A stretch of DNA of 64,000 nt from contig NW_002060943.1 in NCBI RefSeq assembly GCF_000150275.1, positions 11,036,878 to 11,100,877 of the forward strand. Direction: 5' to 3'. The stretch comes from Trichoplax adhaerens. Lineage: Eukaryota > Animalia > Placozoa. Below, piece by piece: positions 45,001 through 58,300 of this stretch. The notes below the pieces were generated by a model. It did no database searches and was not told where the DNA came from. It worked only from the letters and a program-made list of their open reading frames with translations. The translations under genes were made by a program, and so were the position numbers. Positions within the stretch are counted from its first letter, which is position 1. Each line of letters starts with the position of its first letter.

Positions 45001-48000
45001 TACTGTATATCAAATCGAGTTCACTGCATGGGCGTAGACTAGAGATTCTGCTATAGGCTATCTCGATTTCGGACAGTTTGCATAATCCAATACATACTAC
45101 GATGATTTATCTCTTATTTTACCACCAATTTTAATCAACAGTTTCAATCATGTACTGTATGTAATTGCGAAGTTGTTTCTACTGTGTGTCTTAGCTATTT
45201 AAAAATAATATTTTCTTAATCCAGTATGCAGCTAACGATTGAATGATTGCAAGAGTTGACAAAAATTATTTTTATATCACTACTTTAGCTAGCATTTCTA
45301 CTCGGATTTGTTCAACTTCAAAGCCAAGTACCAGATCCACCAGGTCAGTATTGGAATTTGCAATCGATAGCTATAAGGTATAATTTAATCCATTCGTCCA
45401 TTTAGTGCGTAATATTTCTAGACATGGATCATGATCGCTGTCTGTCTACACTTTGTCTTTATATTGCGCTGTTGCTTTATGCCATGATAGAATCTACTAT
45501 TAGGATAGGCTGTTGGAACTTTGATTAATTAGTATGCTCTTTTAAATTACAGTATATTCACATTTTAAACACCTACGTTCTTATCTCCCATTTTCTTATT
45601 AGTCATTCGTTATATTCGGGGAAAGAATATTTTATATTGGGAGAACTTAACATTGCATTGTGCCGTATCTGGCGCTAAACCTCTCACAGTCCAATGGATG
45701 AAAGATGATCATGTTATTCCTTCAAAAGGACCTGTTCACTTAGATCAACATACAACCAATTGTCTGGATGATATCAATTGCACCATTGCAACCCTACGTG
45801 TTGATTCTCTAAGTTCCAAAGAAGTAGGAGACTATATTTGTGCTAGTACCAATAAAGACAATAATGCCTCTGCTCGAATTTACGTCAAAAGTAAGTCTAG
45901 AATAGAGGAATAGACAAGTATACTGAACACGTAGAACGCTGGTTATAAGATCTTTCGACATTTACTTTAGAACAAAGGATTTTTAATGGAGTCTCACAAG
46001 TATCAAGTTCTGTATTGGTAGAAAAAGCATCGCTGATTCATATGCAAGCTATCGTAAGCCTCTATAGCATATTGAGCATAAAAAAATGCTATAAGACGAG
46101 CAAATCATTCTTATTGAAAGATAATCAATTGTATCCATTTTAACTTCTTTTATAGAATTATTTAACCGTCGTTCTATTTCATTAGGTTCGCGACTTATGT
46201 TCTAGAAAAACTCATTTTCTATTTTGTAAATTAGATAATTATCAGATTATACCAACGTAAGTATGTTCAATAAATGTATTAGATATACTCGTAAGTAGAA
46301 TTATCGTCCACGTTCCTACACTTTTAAGCCATCGTAGTTACAAAAATACTATATAGAAAGCAGATTTACTTTATCTGTGGTGCTTATTCAGGTAGTTAAC
46401 TATTCTATTACTTAAAAAATAAACTGTATATGATGCATATATATAACATAGGTTACATACATATCTCTGGTTGTTAGATAGAATCTTTTGATACCTTACT
46501 TAGCTATTAGAAAAACCAGCAGAATGAAATAGTATTTGAGGATTAATCTACCTCATTAAGTTGAGTCCTATTACATTGCACCAGCACTATTAATAACTTT
46601 TACTAAATGAAAGTCAGCACTATAAGGTAACGCCAAATGCATTCATTAATAATATTATATGCGTTAATTATACTATTTTTCATAGTGAGACAGTCATCAT
46701 AAACTTTATTGCTTTAACGCCATTTGAAGTACGAAAGGAAGATTTAACCAGAAGGGACAGAACTACGCAAATTAATGGCATTTATGTCAATATTGATAGC
46801 ATAGGATATCAAGAGATTTACGGTAAGTTATTGATCGCCCTCCTTGGATATGCAGTATACTACTATAAATGGGTATAAAATTTCTATCCTATCCGATACA
46901 ATAATATTTTATGGAATCTAACATTTGAAAATAAATACTTGATAGATTTATATGAAGCAGAAAAAAATATTTCCATCTTTGACTTCTGGAATGCGATATA
47001 TGTCCCCGTGCAAAATTTTGAAGTAGCTCAGGGTTTCACTGTTAATCTTCGCTGCCAAACACAGCCAGTACGCCATGGCAAATTGACGTGGTGGAGAGGA
47101 GATACACAATTGCATAATGTGCCTAATAAAATCGATATTTTCCATGGAGAAAATCATACCGTTTTGACTATTCATCAATTTGAGGAAATAGATGACGAAA
47201 TTTACACATGTGCTATTAAATCGATGAACAGAGTAGATAAAATTCAAGTTAAAGTAAATTATAATCCTGAAATTAGGCGTCCCATTGTTCAGTCTTACCC
47301 TGCAACCGTTTTTGAAGGTGAAACTGCTACTGTCCGCTGTGATGTTAATAACAACGTTCCAGGTGTTACTAAAGTTTTATTGCCAGTCCAGTTTAGCTGG
47401 TTTATTAATGGAGAGGAAATTTTTAACAGTATGTATGAGATGAGCTATATTATACAAGTATCATTTTGAGTTTTAGCTCTTTTAATCAAACTAGTCTATA
47501 ACAAATAATAAACATATCAAACAATTCAAAAATGCATTTTTTATTATACTGTAAATTAATAGAGTATTGCATTCATCATTATTCGATATATATGTTTCGT
47601 CAATTTTGTTCGATTTCTACTGACTCATATTACCGAACATTTAAAATATAGGCCGTCAATATATTATAAAATATGAAAAATTGTCATCAGAATTAAGTAT
47701 AATAGCGATCCAATTTTCTGCCCAGCCTGTAAACATAACATGTGAAGCGAGCAATAAAATTGGAGGTTCATCAATTAAAACTAAGATAACCACCTTAAGT
47801 AAAGGTATTGCTGATTGCTATGATATAGTTTGACAATGCAAAAGCTACTAGCTTTATATAGCAAAACATCACTGTGACCAGATGTCTCGGTTAATCATTT
47901 GTGTTATAAGCTGTCAAAGAAGTATGCCAACCGTTAGAGGAAGATAGAGTAATTTGGCCTCTGACCAGGGTAGGGGAAAAGGCTTCCTCAAATTGTCCTC

Positions 48001-51000
48001 CAGGAGCTGCTGGTAATAGTTACTGAGATATACGAGTACTTAAACTAGTATGGTTTAACATCCACGTTGTCATTGTAAACTAATAAATCATCAGGCATAA
48101 TATCGGTTAAAATATATTGCGCTATTGTAATATCCAAAAGTCATTCTTAATATCAATCACTATAATGGCTAATGATAAAATCTGTAGGCGTTGCTGTCCG
48201 TGAATGCATTAAACGGTCGGATGGAGAGATTCTATTTGGTGATGCAGATTTTACCGATTGTGTATCAGCCGAGTTCGCGCAACTGCTATCCCAGGTATAT
48301 GTCCAAGAATATTATAATTATGCTTGTAGTACTTTATAATTTACACAAATTAGTTACTGTTGCTATTCGAAAGTATTGTAGAATGTCCTTACTTTTATCT
48401 ATTATAAATGATCTTGAAATTTGTGTAATTGTATTGAACAAGTAAACTTGATTACAGACGGATAAGAATTTGACCGTAGAGGCTGCTGCTGGAGCCGTTA
48501 GAAAACTTGTCAATATTACTGAGTCTTCGAATTCTATGTTGGGTGGCGATCTAATCGCGACCAATTCAATAATGAAAAAGATTGCTGACTCTGGAAACAA
48601 TAAAAATGATATTCCTTTAGAAGAGAGCGATGTGAGTTCTTAAAGTTTATGATTGAGTGGCACTTTTAAATTACATTACCTTAGGCAAATATTCAAAGTT
48701 CTTTCAATTGATAAAGACCCTTACTTTATTACATTTATTTGGTTGATGATAGAACATGGTTAAAGTTGCAAATAATGTTTTGAACCTCAAGAACTCGATT
48801 GCTTGGCAAAACGTTCAGAAGGTAATCTCCATCTAGATTTTAATTACAGTATGATTAAATGATTAATTCAAGATTATTAAAATTTTTCTGATGAAACTCT
48901 TAGAAGATGGGTTTATAATCAGGATAACGATCCATTTAAGCCAGTATTTGTATAGGTTTTAAGAAGTTATATTAATCGTACAAGTTTATAGCTCATTTCA
49001 ATGAGCTGTAAGAGAGTGTAATAGCCAACATTTCGTGAAAATTCCGAGTAGAATTTGTACTAATACAAATCATAAAATGTTGCTGTTACCTTGAAGTCAT
49101 TTGCGTGTTACAAAATATCAAATGTTACTCTATCTTATCGAGGCGGATAATTATTTGCGGACTAAAAATCGCGCAGCACAACCGTTTCAACTAATTTAAA
49201 ATAATTTGTTTAGATTATCATTCACTTTTATTCTATTACATAAGTAGAAGATTGTATCATTTAATGAAGGTTTTATATTTTCTATTACGTTATGATTTGG
49301 CAATTAGAAACAAGTAGGTTCGATGACGGTGACTGAAAATTTAGAAAAATTTGGATTCAATATCAATATAACTGTCAATAAAAATGTAACTATCGATACA
49401 GAAAACATAGGTAAGGGCTTTCTTTCCGGAAAATGAGCTTGTTATTCTAATAAGATATTTATTTGTATGTGAATAACTGCTACACATAAGATAATATCTA
49501 CTGCTGAATACAAGCACATATCATTCACATTTTAATTTCTGTGATCAATACAGTTTTCAATGTCATGCTAACGATGAAATCGTATCTCAATAGTAGATTC
49601 TTGCTACATTTTTTATCAGTCTTTCAGGTTCAGTCGATTCCGGGAGGAGAAAATTCCACTGTAACTTTTACTAATCCTTCTAAGGATGATAGTACTCAAA
49701 TGGCAAGCATCAAATTACCACGGGAGCTATTCCTAAATAATAGTAAATATCTCACTACTGCTACTATGTAATGAAAGTCGTATACGTGATAGTGTGTTTT
49801 ATTCCGTAATTGAAAATAATGAATTATAAATTTTCATCACTGTAGTACATAAGTTATTATTAGAAGTACCCAATTAGTAATATTTGGTATTTGACTTATT
49901 TCATTTAGGTGATAGAAAATCCGTCACAGTTGTTAACGCAGCTTATAAATCACTAAATAGGCTTCTGCCAAACAGTGTAGCTTGCGATGATAGGTATATT
50001 ATGTTTATGTGTAAGATCGCTTTATCTAATATCTTCAAAACAAATTAGATAAAAAATTATTCATATATAAACAATCAGTGATCTGGGATTCTTTATTATA
50101 AATTTGACCTGTAGCCAAAACTTAGGGAACGTAAAAACGTGCGTTAACTCTATGATCATTTCAAGTACCACTGATGCACCTCAACACGACAATTTTGCTG
50201 AACCTGTGGAAATTACTTTGTCTCACAATACAGTAAATAGCTCGTGATGGTTTCAGACAGTTTTTATAGATGAAACTGTTTCAAAATACAGCGTGCCGCC
50301 TAATTTGCTACTACATTTTATTTCAACATCTAGCTTTATACTAAAGATCGTTTCGAGAAAGTGGATTGTGTATTCTGGGATAAGAATTTGAAGTAAATAT
50401 CGAACCCTAATCTCTATATTCTAATTAAAAATCTTTGCTTGTGATATCGTATCAATTTCAATATTTCTGTACTATTTAGAATATAGAAGCAGAATATGTA
50501 TACATAAAATACGGGTTATGAATTCTGACATTGCTATAGTATAGCCAGTATAGTTTATTAAAATTAACCAATATAATTTAATAGTTCATCTAGATCTGGT
50601 GATTGGTCAACTGAAGGATGTGAAACTGCTTATTTCAACGACACCGTCACCATTTGTAAATGTTACCACTTGACGAATTTTGCAATATTAATGAGTCTTT
50701 CACCTGAAAAGGTCGTATAAATCATTAGAGACAACTTGAGTGACTTTAAATGTTCTTATATTGGATCCTTAAATCACTAATCTTAGTAAATTTACTACAT
50801 AGGTACCAGAAACCATTGCAAGGGCTCTTACTATTATTACTACTGTTGGTTGTTCCTTATCAATTACCGCATTAACAATCACAATTATTGTTTTTATATA
50901 TACATGGCGGTAAAGAGTCTTATTTTAATTTTGACGATTTTATTCTACATCCACATCTACATTAATGTACATAGTAAGTGATTTAATAGTAACCATCCTT

Positions 51001-54000
51001 ATAATACAATATAGATACCTTAAAAGAGTCCAAGCTGTATTCCATCTTAATCTATCTTTAACATTGCTACTGGCAAATTTACTTCTGTTAACTGGGTTGG
51101 ATAAGGTTAACAGTACGGTAAGATGTTATAAAAAAATGTCAATTATCTGAGTTGCAGCTAGATTAAACCCAGTTTTTTTATATTAACGGAAAAATTGACC
51201 AATAATGATCTTCGCTAGATATAGGCTATTTACATTAACTTTAAGCTTAAGTTAGATCACACAACTGTGATATTTCTTATTATTTTAAACTCTTACCATC
51301 AATTATTGTTATACGCGCATTATTAGAATTTCTGCATTGCTGTAGCATTTACGCTACATTTCCTGTTTCTATCGGCGTTCATGTGGATGTTGATGGAAGC
51401 TGCCAATATCTACTTTATGGTCAACGACGTTTTTAGTAACCGAATGACTAAATTACGCTACTACATCGCACTTTCCTACGGTGAGCTAAGCTACAAATCT
51501 GAGTGTTATGATAGCAACTCGATAAAATTGCTTTAATTGAGGCAGACAGCAACATAGAGACGTCGTTAATTTGCAATTTTACTACAAGGTTTATTTATAT
51601 TGATAAGTTTTTTTAACAACTATACTCAGCTTCCGTTAATTATTTTGATATTCTAAATTAATAAAAAAACTATGTATCAATACTTTTGCTAGGACTTCCG
51701 CTGCTAACGGCCACTATTGTTATTGCTGCTATTGGTTCAACATTGGGTCTAAAATACTATACAAACAAATATGCGTAAGTAAAGAGATTATCTCAATCAT
51801 CATAATCATTTTATACTATTTCTGTAATGCGACAGCCATTTTAAGTCGCAAACTGATAATAATTCATGCTTAATCTAAATGAACCTTGAAAAGAAACTAG
51901 AATTTTAATCCATATATGAATATAATACTTTAATGGACTTTGAAATCGATATTTGATGGTGAAGTATACCACCCAGTACCGTATCCATTCAGTTATATAT
52001 TATCTGAAATACATTTACAGCTAATAATTAAATCTTATAATCTCTATATACAAGTTAATATTCGTATAAAAGGCAGCCAATCTACCGCATAGACTTCATA
52101 AATATAATAATTGACATCTAGTAAGAGATTATATATTATAAGTTGTAACCTTATCGTAATTTTTTATTTCCGAGACATTTAAGTGTATAAGTAACGTTTA
52201 TGAGTGTAAGTGCAGGGTGCTGAGTTACAGAATCGGCAATTAAAGTTTCATTGATCGTTTTCAGGTGTTGGTTATCGGTGAATCCTCCAATAATAGTAGC
52301 ATTTATTGGACCAGCTGTTACTATCATTCTAGTAATTTCTTATCTATTCCTGTCTTCATTTCTATAATGTTATACTTTTTCTTACATACTTTATTTATTC
52401 GGTTATAAACATATTAATTACTTGCAGCTAAATACCATAGTATTGATTATGACAGTCAAAGCTGCTTTATCAACAAAGAAAATTCAGTCATCAAAGCAGA
52501 AATATGTTAAGGCAAGGTACGTCGTATGCTATAAGAGTAAAAACAGAATTTAGTACAATAAGTAAAGCTATATCCGTCTTATTATCTTCGATAACTGCTG
52601 ATGATTATTGTAAAACAATACTATTATCGCAATATACTTTCTGCTATCGTACTATTCTAATGCTATGATAATCCCACTATAATTTGACTGCAACAAATGA
52701 AAGAGCCTATAGTATTAAACCACCTCAAAAGAATACGTCCAGTGAAATATTAAACTATAAATAAACATCTAATATTTACTTTTTTCTCGGCCCATTTTTT
52801 ATGTGTTGCAGGACTGCAATTAAGGGTGTGTTAGTGTTGACACCGTTACTAGGAATTACATGGATTATAGGTCTGTTCTCCTTCAATAATGATTTGATCG
52901 TCTTTCAATTCTTGTTTGCAATTGCAAACTCACTACAGGTAATTAGCAATGTTCATACTTCTACTGAGAGATAGCATCTTTCATTATCGAATTGAAATCA
53001 TCACAATGCTATAGATTTTATTTAATTAAGTATTTAATATCATCTTAATATCAACCTGTATGATTGACTCCGAAATTTCTTTTCAGGGCTTTTTGATCTT
53101 CATTCTGTACTGTTTCAGAAACCCTCAGGTAAAAATGTCATCGTATATTCTTTCTTCCTAAACTTAAGCTTTTGCATATATATTTCTCGTTTCTGAACGT
53201 AAATCATTTTATAATTACTTTGCGTACTGTAACAACCAATATAGATAGTATCAGGAATATTTAATCATTACTTTATAATAATTTATATCATAAATTTCAT
53301 TGCAATCGGCTATCAAAATTCAAATGATAGCTAAGACGAATAAATGCATACAAAGCCATAGAGCTTAACACAGCACTATACCAGGCATGATATAAATATA
53401 TTCGACCCTTCCATTTTTGTTAAAACCTGATGTGTATCTGTAAACGAATATATATAACTCTTAACATAATGCAACGTTACGATCATAATTTACACAGATG
53501 CTCGTACACCTTCGTTTAAGATCGAGCTTGTGATTAGACATACTAATATAGGTAGTAGGTCGTATTAGTCAAAATTGGTATGGCATGCATTTATCTGCAG
53601 TATAGTATAATTACAATATTCGATTATGATCATACTGCATATAGTTATCGAAGACTATAAAATACATTAAAATATCTACGACAATATTTTCATATAATAA
53701 ATCACAAAAGGGGTTACTATTGTGCGTAATTAATTAATTACTTCGACTTAAAAGTTCTTATTTATTCGGGTTTAAATCGTTCATATATTACCTCTATATA
53801 TTAATCCTCGTAACTGAATACGAGCTGTTAATTTTTGATATATACGGGTATGACGATATTCTCACCATTGTATTGCTAAATCAATGAGACAAAAATCAGT
53901 ACCTGTTTACAAATTACATTTCATCTGCTTAAGATAGATCATCAAAAATTTTGTATATAACACGCGTATATAGTACAGTATTTGTAATCATCTTTAACAT

Positions 54001-54629
54001 AAACTCTTGCTGCCCATTAAGGTTATGTGAAATGATCATGGTACGATTGGTGCATAGCCCACTCGGATTTATTTACGTGTTTAATAAAAATTACGAGTCT
54101 ATTTTAGTAATCTTCTTTTATGATTATCACTTTACCATACGAGCTCTACTGTACATTGCCATTAATAATATACCGTCATTGAGAGGTATTCTATGATAAC
54201 GTACTCGTTTTGTAACTCAGGAACGGTATTTCATGCTACTTTATAAATTAAATTACTAAGAATTTATTGGCAAATTCATCACGTTTTCTACGGTTTCGAT
54301 ATTAAAAGTAATAATGTTTGCCCTAGATGGATGCAATATTCGATAACTGGTTTCGATTCACCTCTTGTATATAAGTATATAGATAACATAAAATTAATAC
54401 ATTCTTTTCACGTAGGTAAGAACTGCCTTCACAAAAAATCGAAAAAATGCCTTCATATCTTGGGTTTTTAATTCCGCAACAAGGTCAGTATTATAGCTTG
54501 TACTATTTTGTACTGTACACGATAAGTGCAATATGGCTTTGACGAATGCATATTTATGGTAGTTTCTATCGTTCTTCTTTTAGGAAATCTGAAAGGAGTA
54601 CTTCTCGTAAAAATATGAGCTCTGTCTAA
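39063..54629 (+). CDS. Adhesion-class GPCR: signal peptide-Ig-SEA-like-Ig-Ig-HormR-GAIN/GPS-7TM-PDZ-binding tail
   Basis: Exon 39063-39095 ([11 protein letters not shown]|gtaagt) joins 45289-45343 ([18 protein letters not shown]) to form a signal peptide. Ig domains: [18 protein letters not shown]...GDYIC; LRCQTQ...TWWRG...IYTC; VRCDV...FSWFING...ITCEASN. HormR: [25 protein letters not shown]...RECI...DFTDC. GAIN: [53 protein letters not shown]. 7TM: [63 protein letters not shown] at 54627-54629. The first coding exon is less certain than the rest. Confidence 0.92.
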
Positions 54630-55332
54630 GCGAGTAGAAAATAAAATTCACCCATTGGAAATCAATGACTATACTAAAATATTTTTAGCCTGTTTATGAA
54701 TGATGCAAAAGAAATAACTCAAATAACGAATTCTTTTATCTTATTCTTATACTAAATTCTTCAAAGTTAAACGATATAGCATAATGCAGTATTATGTAAA
54801 TCTATAAATATGAAGGTATTCCTCTTTGGCGTCCGCGTTTGCAATTGTTAACGTTTAGTTAACATGCAATAATTGAATAAACATCGTACGAAGTTACAAA
54901 TGCTACATTCTAATTGCTCAGTACATTTTAATAGCTGCAACTAAGAATCTCTTAAACTAAAAAACAGTATTAATTAGATCATCAAACTAAAATAGTACTC
55001 TTTTATCATTGAGTTTTACAGTAGTTTCATTTTTTCACTATCGATGCACCTTTATGAAGAATCTATTAACAGCATCTTTCAAATTCCCTTAGTAAGTATG
55101 CAAAGGTGCAAATACACCAAATTTAACATCAAAAACTGCAATTTATTGAAGATTTAGAGTTTGTATTGCAATATAGCAATGTATGAGAATAGCTGCGTAA
55201 ATTTAAATATGAACATTATGAATATTAATACGTAATTAATCATGTATTAAATAAGAAAATGTTTCTATTGAAGTTTCATTAGCTTGCATTTACGCGTGCA
55301 ATATATTCATATGTTAGTAAATTTGAACACCT

Positions 55333-58300
55333 TTATAATTTTATACGATTTATATCTTCCCTTCTGAAATCGACTCTAAAAAAAGGAAAAAACATAAATA
55401 ATTATACGCACAAATGATACATCAGTGAACTATTTACATATAATGGAGTCTACCAATGAACGAAATAAGGATTCGTTTCTATTACCGTAACATTAAGCTG
55501 TTGCGAACATCTGCAGGTGTTAATCGCCATGCAAGTGGACCAGCATTAACGCCCCAATAGTCTAAGATTTCATTCACCTGTTTAGAAAAACATTTACTAA
55601 ATGAGTTCCAGTACTATCGAAACTCGCCTAATCGCAGCGTAGAATTAGGCGTAATCGAACACTTTTAATATTGCTTAATTTGGCAACAAATTAAGATGTC
55701 AATCTTACATTTTCTAAATTCAAGATAATAGCTATTTGCGATAGGCGAGCAAATTTGTCTCTTATAGTCCACTGAGTAACAGAAGTTAAAAACGACACTA
55801 GAGCACGGAGTTCTTTATCGAATTGCAGTCCACCAAGCTAATTATAGCGTAAATATGAAAATCAATGATCGTATATCTATAAACATAACTACAGTATTAC
55901 TGTAATAACCTATGTTGAAGGAGCATAAATAATTATTATAAAATTTTTGATACTAATGGATTCTCTAGCATCTAACCCTGTTGAATGTAGATCTGAAAAT
56001 AGCATTCTCTAATTCAGTGGTGATTTCATTTGTTAGTAAACTGATCAAAAGATCAAAATTTGCTGTCGATAAATGTTCCTATCAAGATTTTATTAATAAA
56101 CGTATTGTAATAATTGAGTACACGTTTCGAATGATTAACTAATCTTGTCATATCTAAGGCATAGCACTTCTCACCTTATAATTTTGTATGTCTTGCGATA
56201 TGCAAGAGATTAGATTTTGTACAAAAGGATCATTTAATTCATAATTATTAAATGTCTCCTAAGAAATTTTTATAGAAAGATATTAGTTACCATCATAATT
56301 AATCACATTTTTTGAAAAGTCAAACTTTAATTTTATTATCTATTAAATTGAACAAACCTCAGTAATATCGTGACTGGCAGACGTGAAACCATCGATATGT
56401 ACTTTAATTTTTGGCATTATTACCGATACACACAGTTGAGTACTTCCATTCTGTTATAATACAAATGTGAAGAAATGAAATGACTTTCAGAAACGGTGAC
56501 CTTCAACTGTAATAGCAATTTAGCTACATAATAAGATCTTATTCAAGATTGTAATAAAGCTTACATTTACGATAGCCTTGAACACATCACTTGTGTCACG
56601 TAAATCGTTTAAACAACTCTAAAAACGGGCAAATTACAAATTATTTCAAATTTCTGGTCTACAGTCATCCACATCACACAACTGCAGTAATGATATTAAC
56701 GCCTGAAAAATTGCATACCTGTATTTTATGTCGAGAATTATCATCCAATTTATCAAGAAAGGTACGGAAATCAACCTTCAGCAATAAGAACAATAAAATT
56801 AATTAATAATGTACTACAAAGATATTGCGTTAGCATTTTCATCGTATTCTTAACCTCTAAATCTTTACATAATTTAATGACATTTTCAGATGTGACTTCA
56901 GCATCATTCAACGTAACCTAAATTTATGTCATTGAAGTAGATTTCCATCAAATTAACCATCCTAAATTGGAATTTGCTAATTCAAAAATTTACCAGATAT
57001 GAGTTTTTAACTTTAATAGTTTCAGTCAACGCAGGTTGAAGTTTTCCTTGCAACATTCCTGTTAAATCTATGCTACTGTATTATCAGAAGCAATATAGAA
57101 TGCTATACATTACCCAAAGATACAAAAATTTGATCAATAATCTAAAATATTTTGCAGCTAACCTTCCAGCTATGAAACTAGATTTTATTTTTCCACTTAA
57201 GATGCCATTAAAAAAATTCGTTAACAAAGTTCTAATGTACGGAATCAAGCAGAATTACGAAGCAATAAATATTATGATCGTAAAATCCTTCTACCAATAA
57301 GATCTCTTATATATCTAGATTCGCTCACGCGGCATTATTTAACATTGCACCAATGCCATCGGTACTAGCTGTGGATAATGATCTCCTGAAAAGACCAAAA
57401 AATTTATTGCTGAAATGATTATTTTTGCTTAATGAATAGTTATTGTACGAATACAAAGATAGTAGCAGGATTACCGTATAGATTTCTTTATAATGAAGAA
57501 AATATCATCTACATAATTAGATGTAACCGGGCCAGTGATATTATCGTAAGATTGAGAAAGTCCTACGGCCTATTTTGATATCATACATATAATAAATATA
57601 ATCTAAAGTACGACAGCATTTTATATAAACAGCTATTATATGAAAACCTTAGTAGTAATCTCCTGCATATAAAAATTTTCTAACGCAATATAATTTCCAA
57701 TTAGATCCTAATTGTTGAGCATAAAGTTACTTCCAATAAGATATAAATCAGAATGGCATTAAATTGCACAAAATTATCAGACTAAAGAATGATAGCCTGA
57801 ATTTTTAACCATAACAGTCTTTATTTCATACCTTCGTTCATTACTAGTGATATCTCCGCAATTATAAATTACTTTACCTGCATTTTATGACTTAGTTCAC
57901 AATCACGAATTATTAATGATATATCAGCTTCTAAAAAATAAATCCAATCTTCAATGAACTGCACTATTAAATCGAATCTTTCATCCTAGTTTATTAAAGG
58001 AGTACCTCTAGATTCAACACCATCCAGTTCCGCTGCGCTCTAATTACGTAATATAGTAACAAAAATTGCTATATTAAGCGAATGACATTTACCAACAATG
58101 TTAAACTATTAACAAAGCACCTGTAAATATTTTCGTATGAATGAAAAATATAGTTCACTTCTTTGGCTCATAGCAGCGACTTCGTTTAATACCACATCAA
58201 ATTCCCTCACATCAAATCTAAGTTAAAGAATTTGTAGCTCATAAGAATAATCATTTGATTCACTTGAATACAACCCTGCCACGATACTTTCACAATGAAA

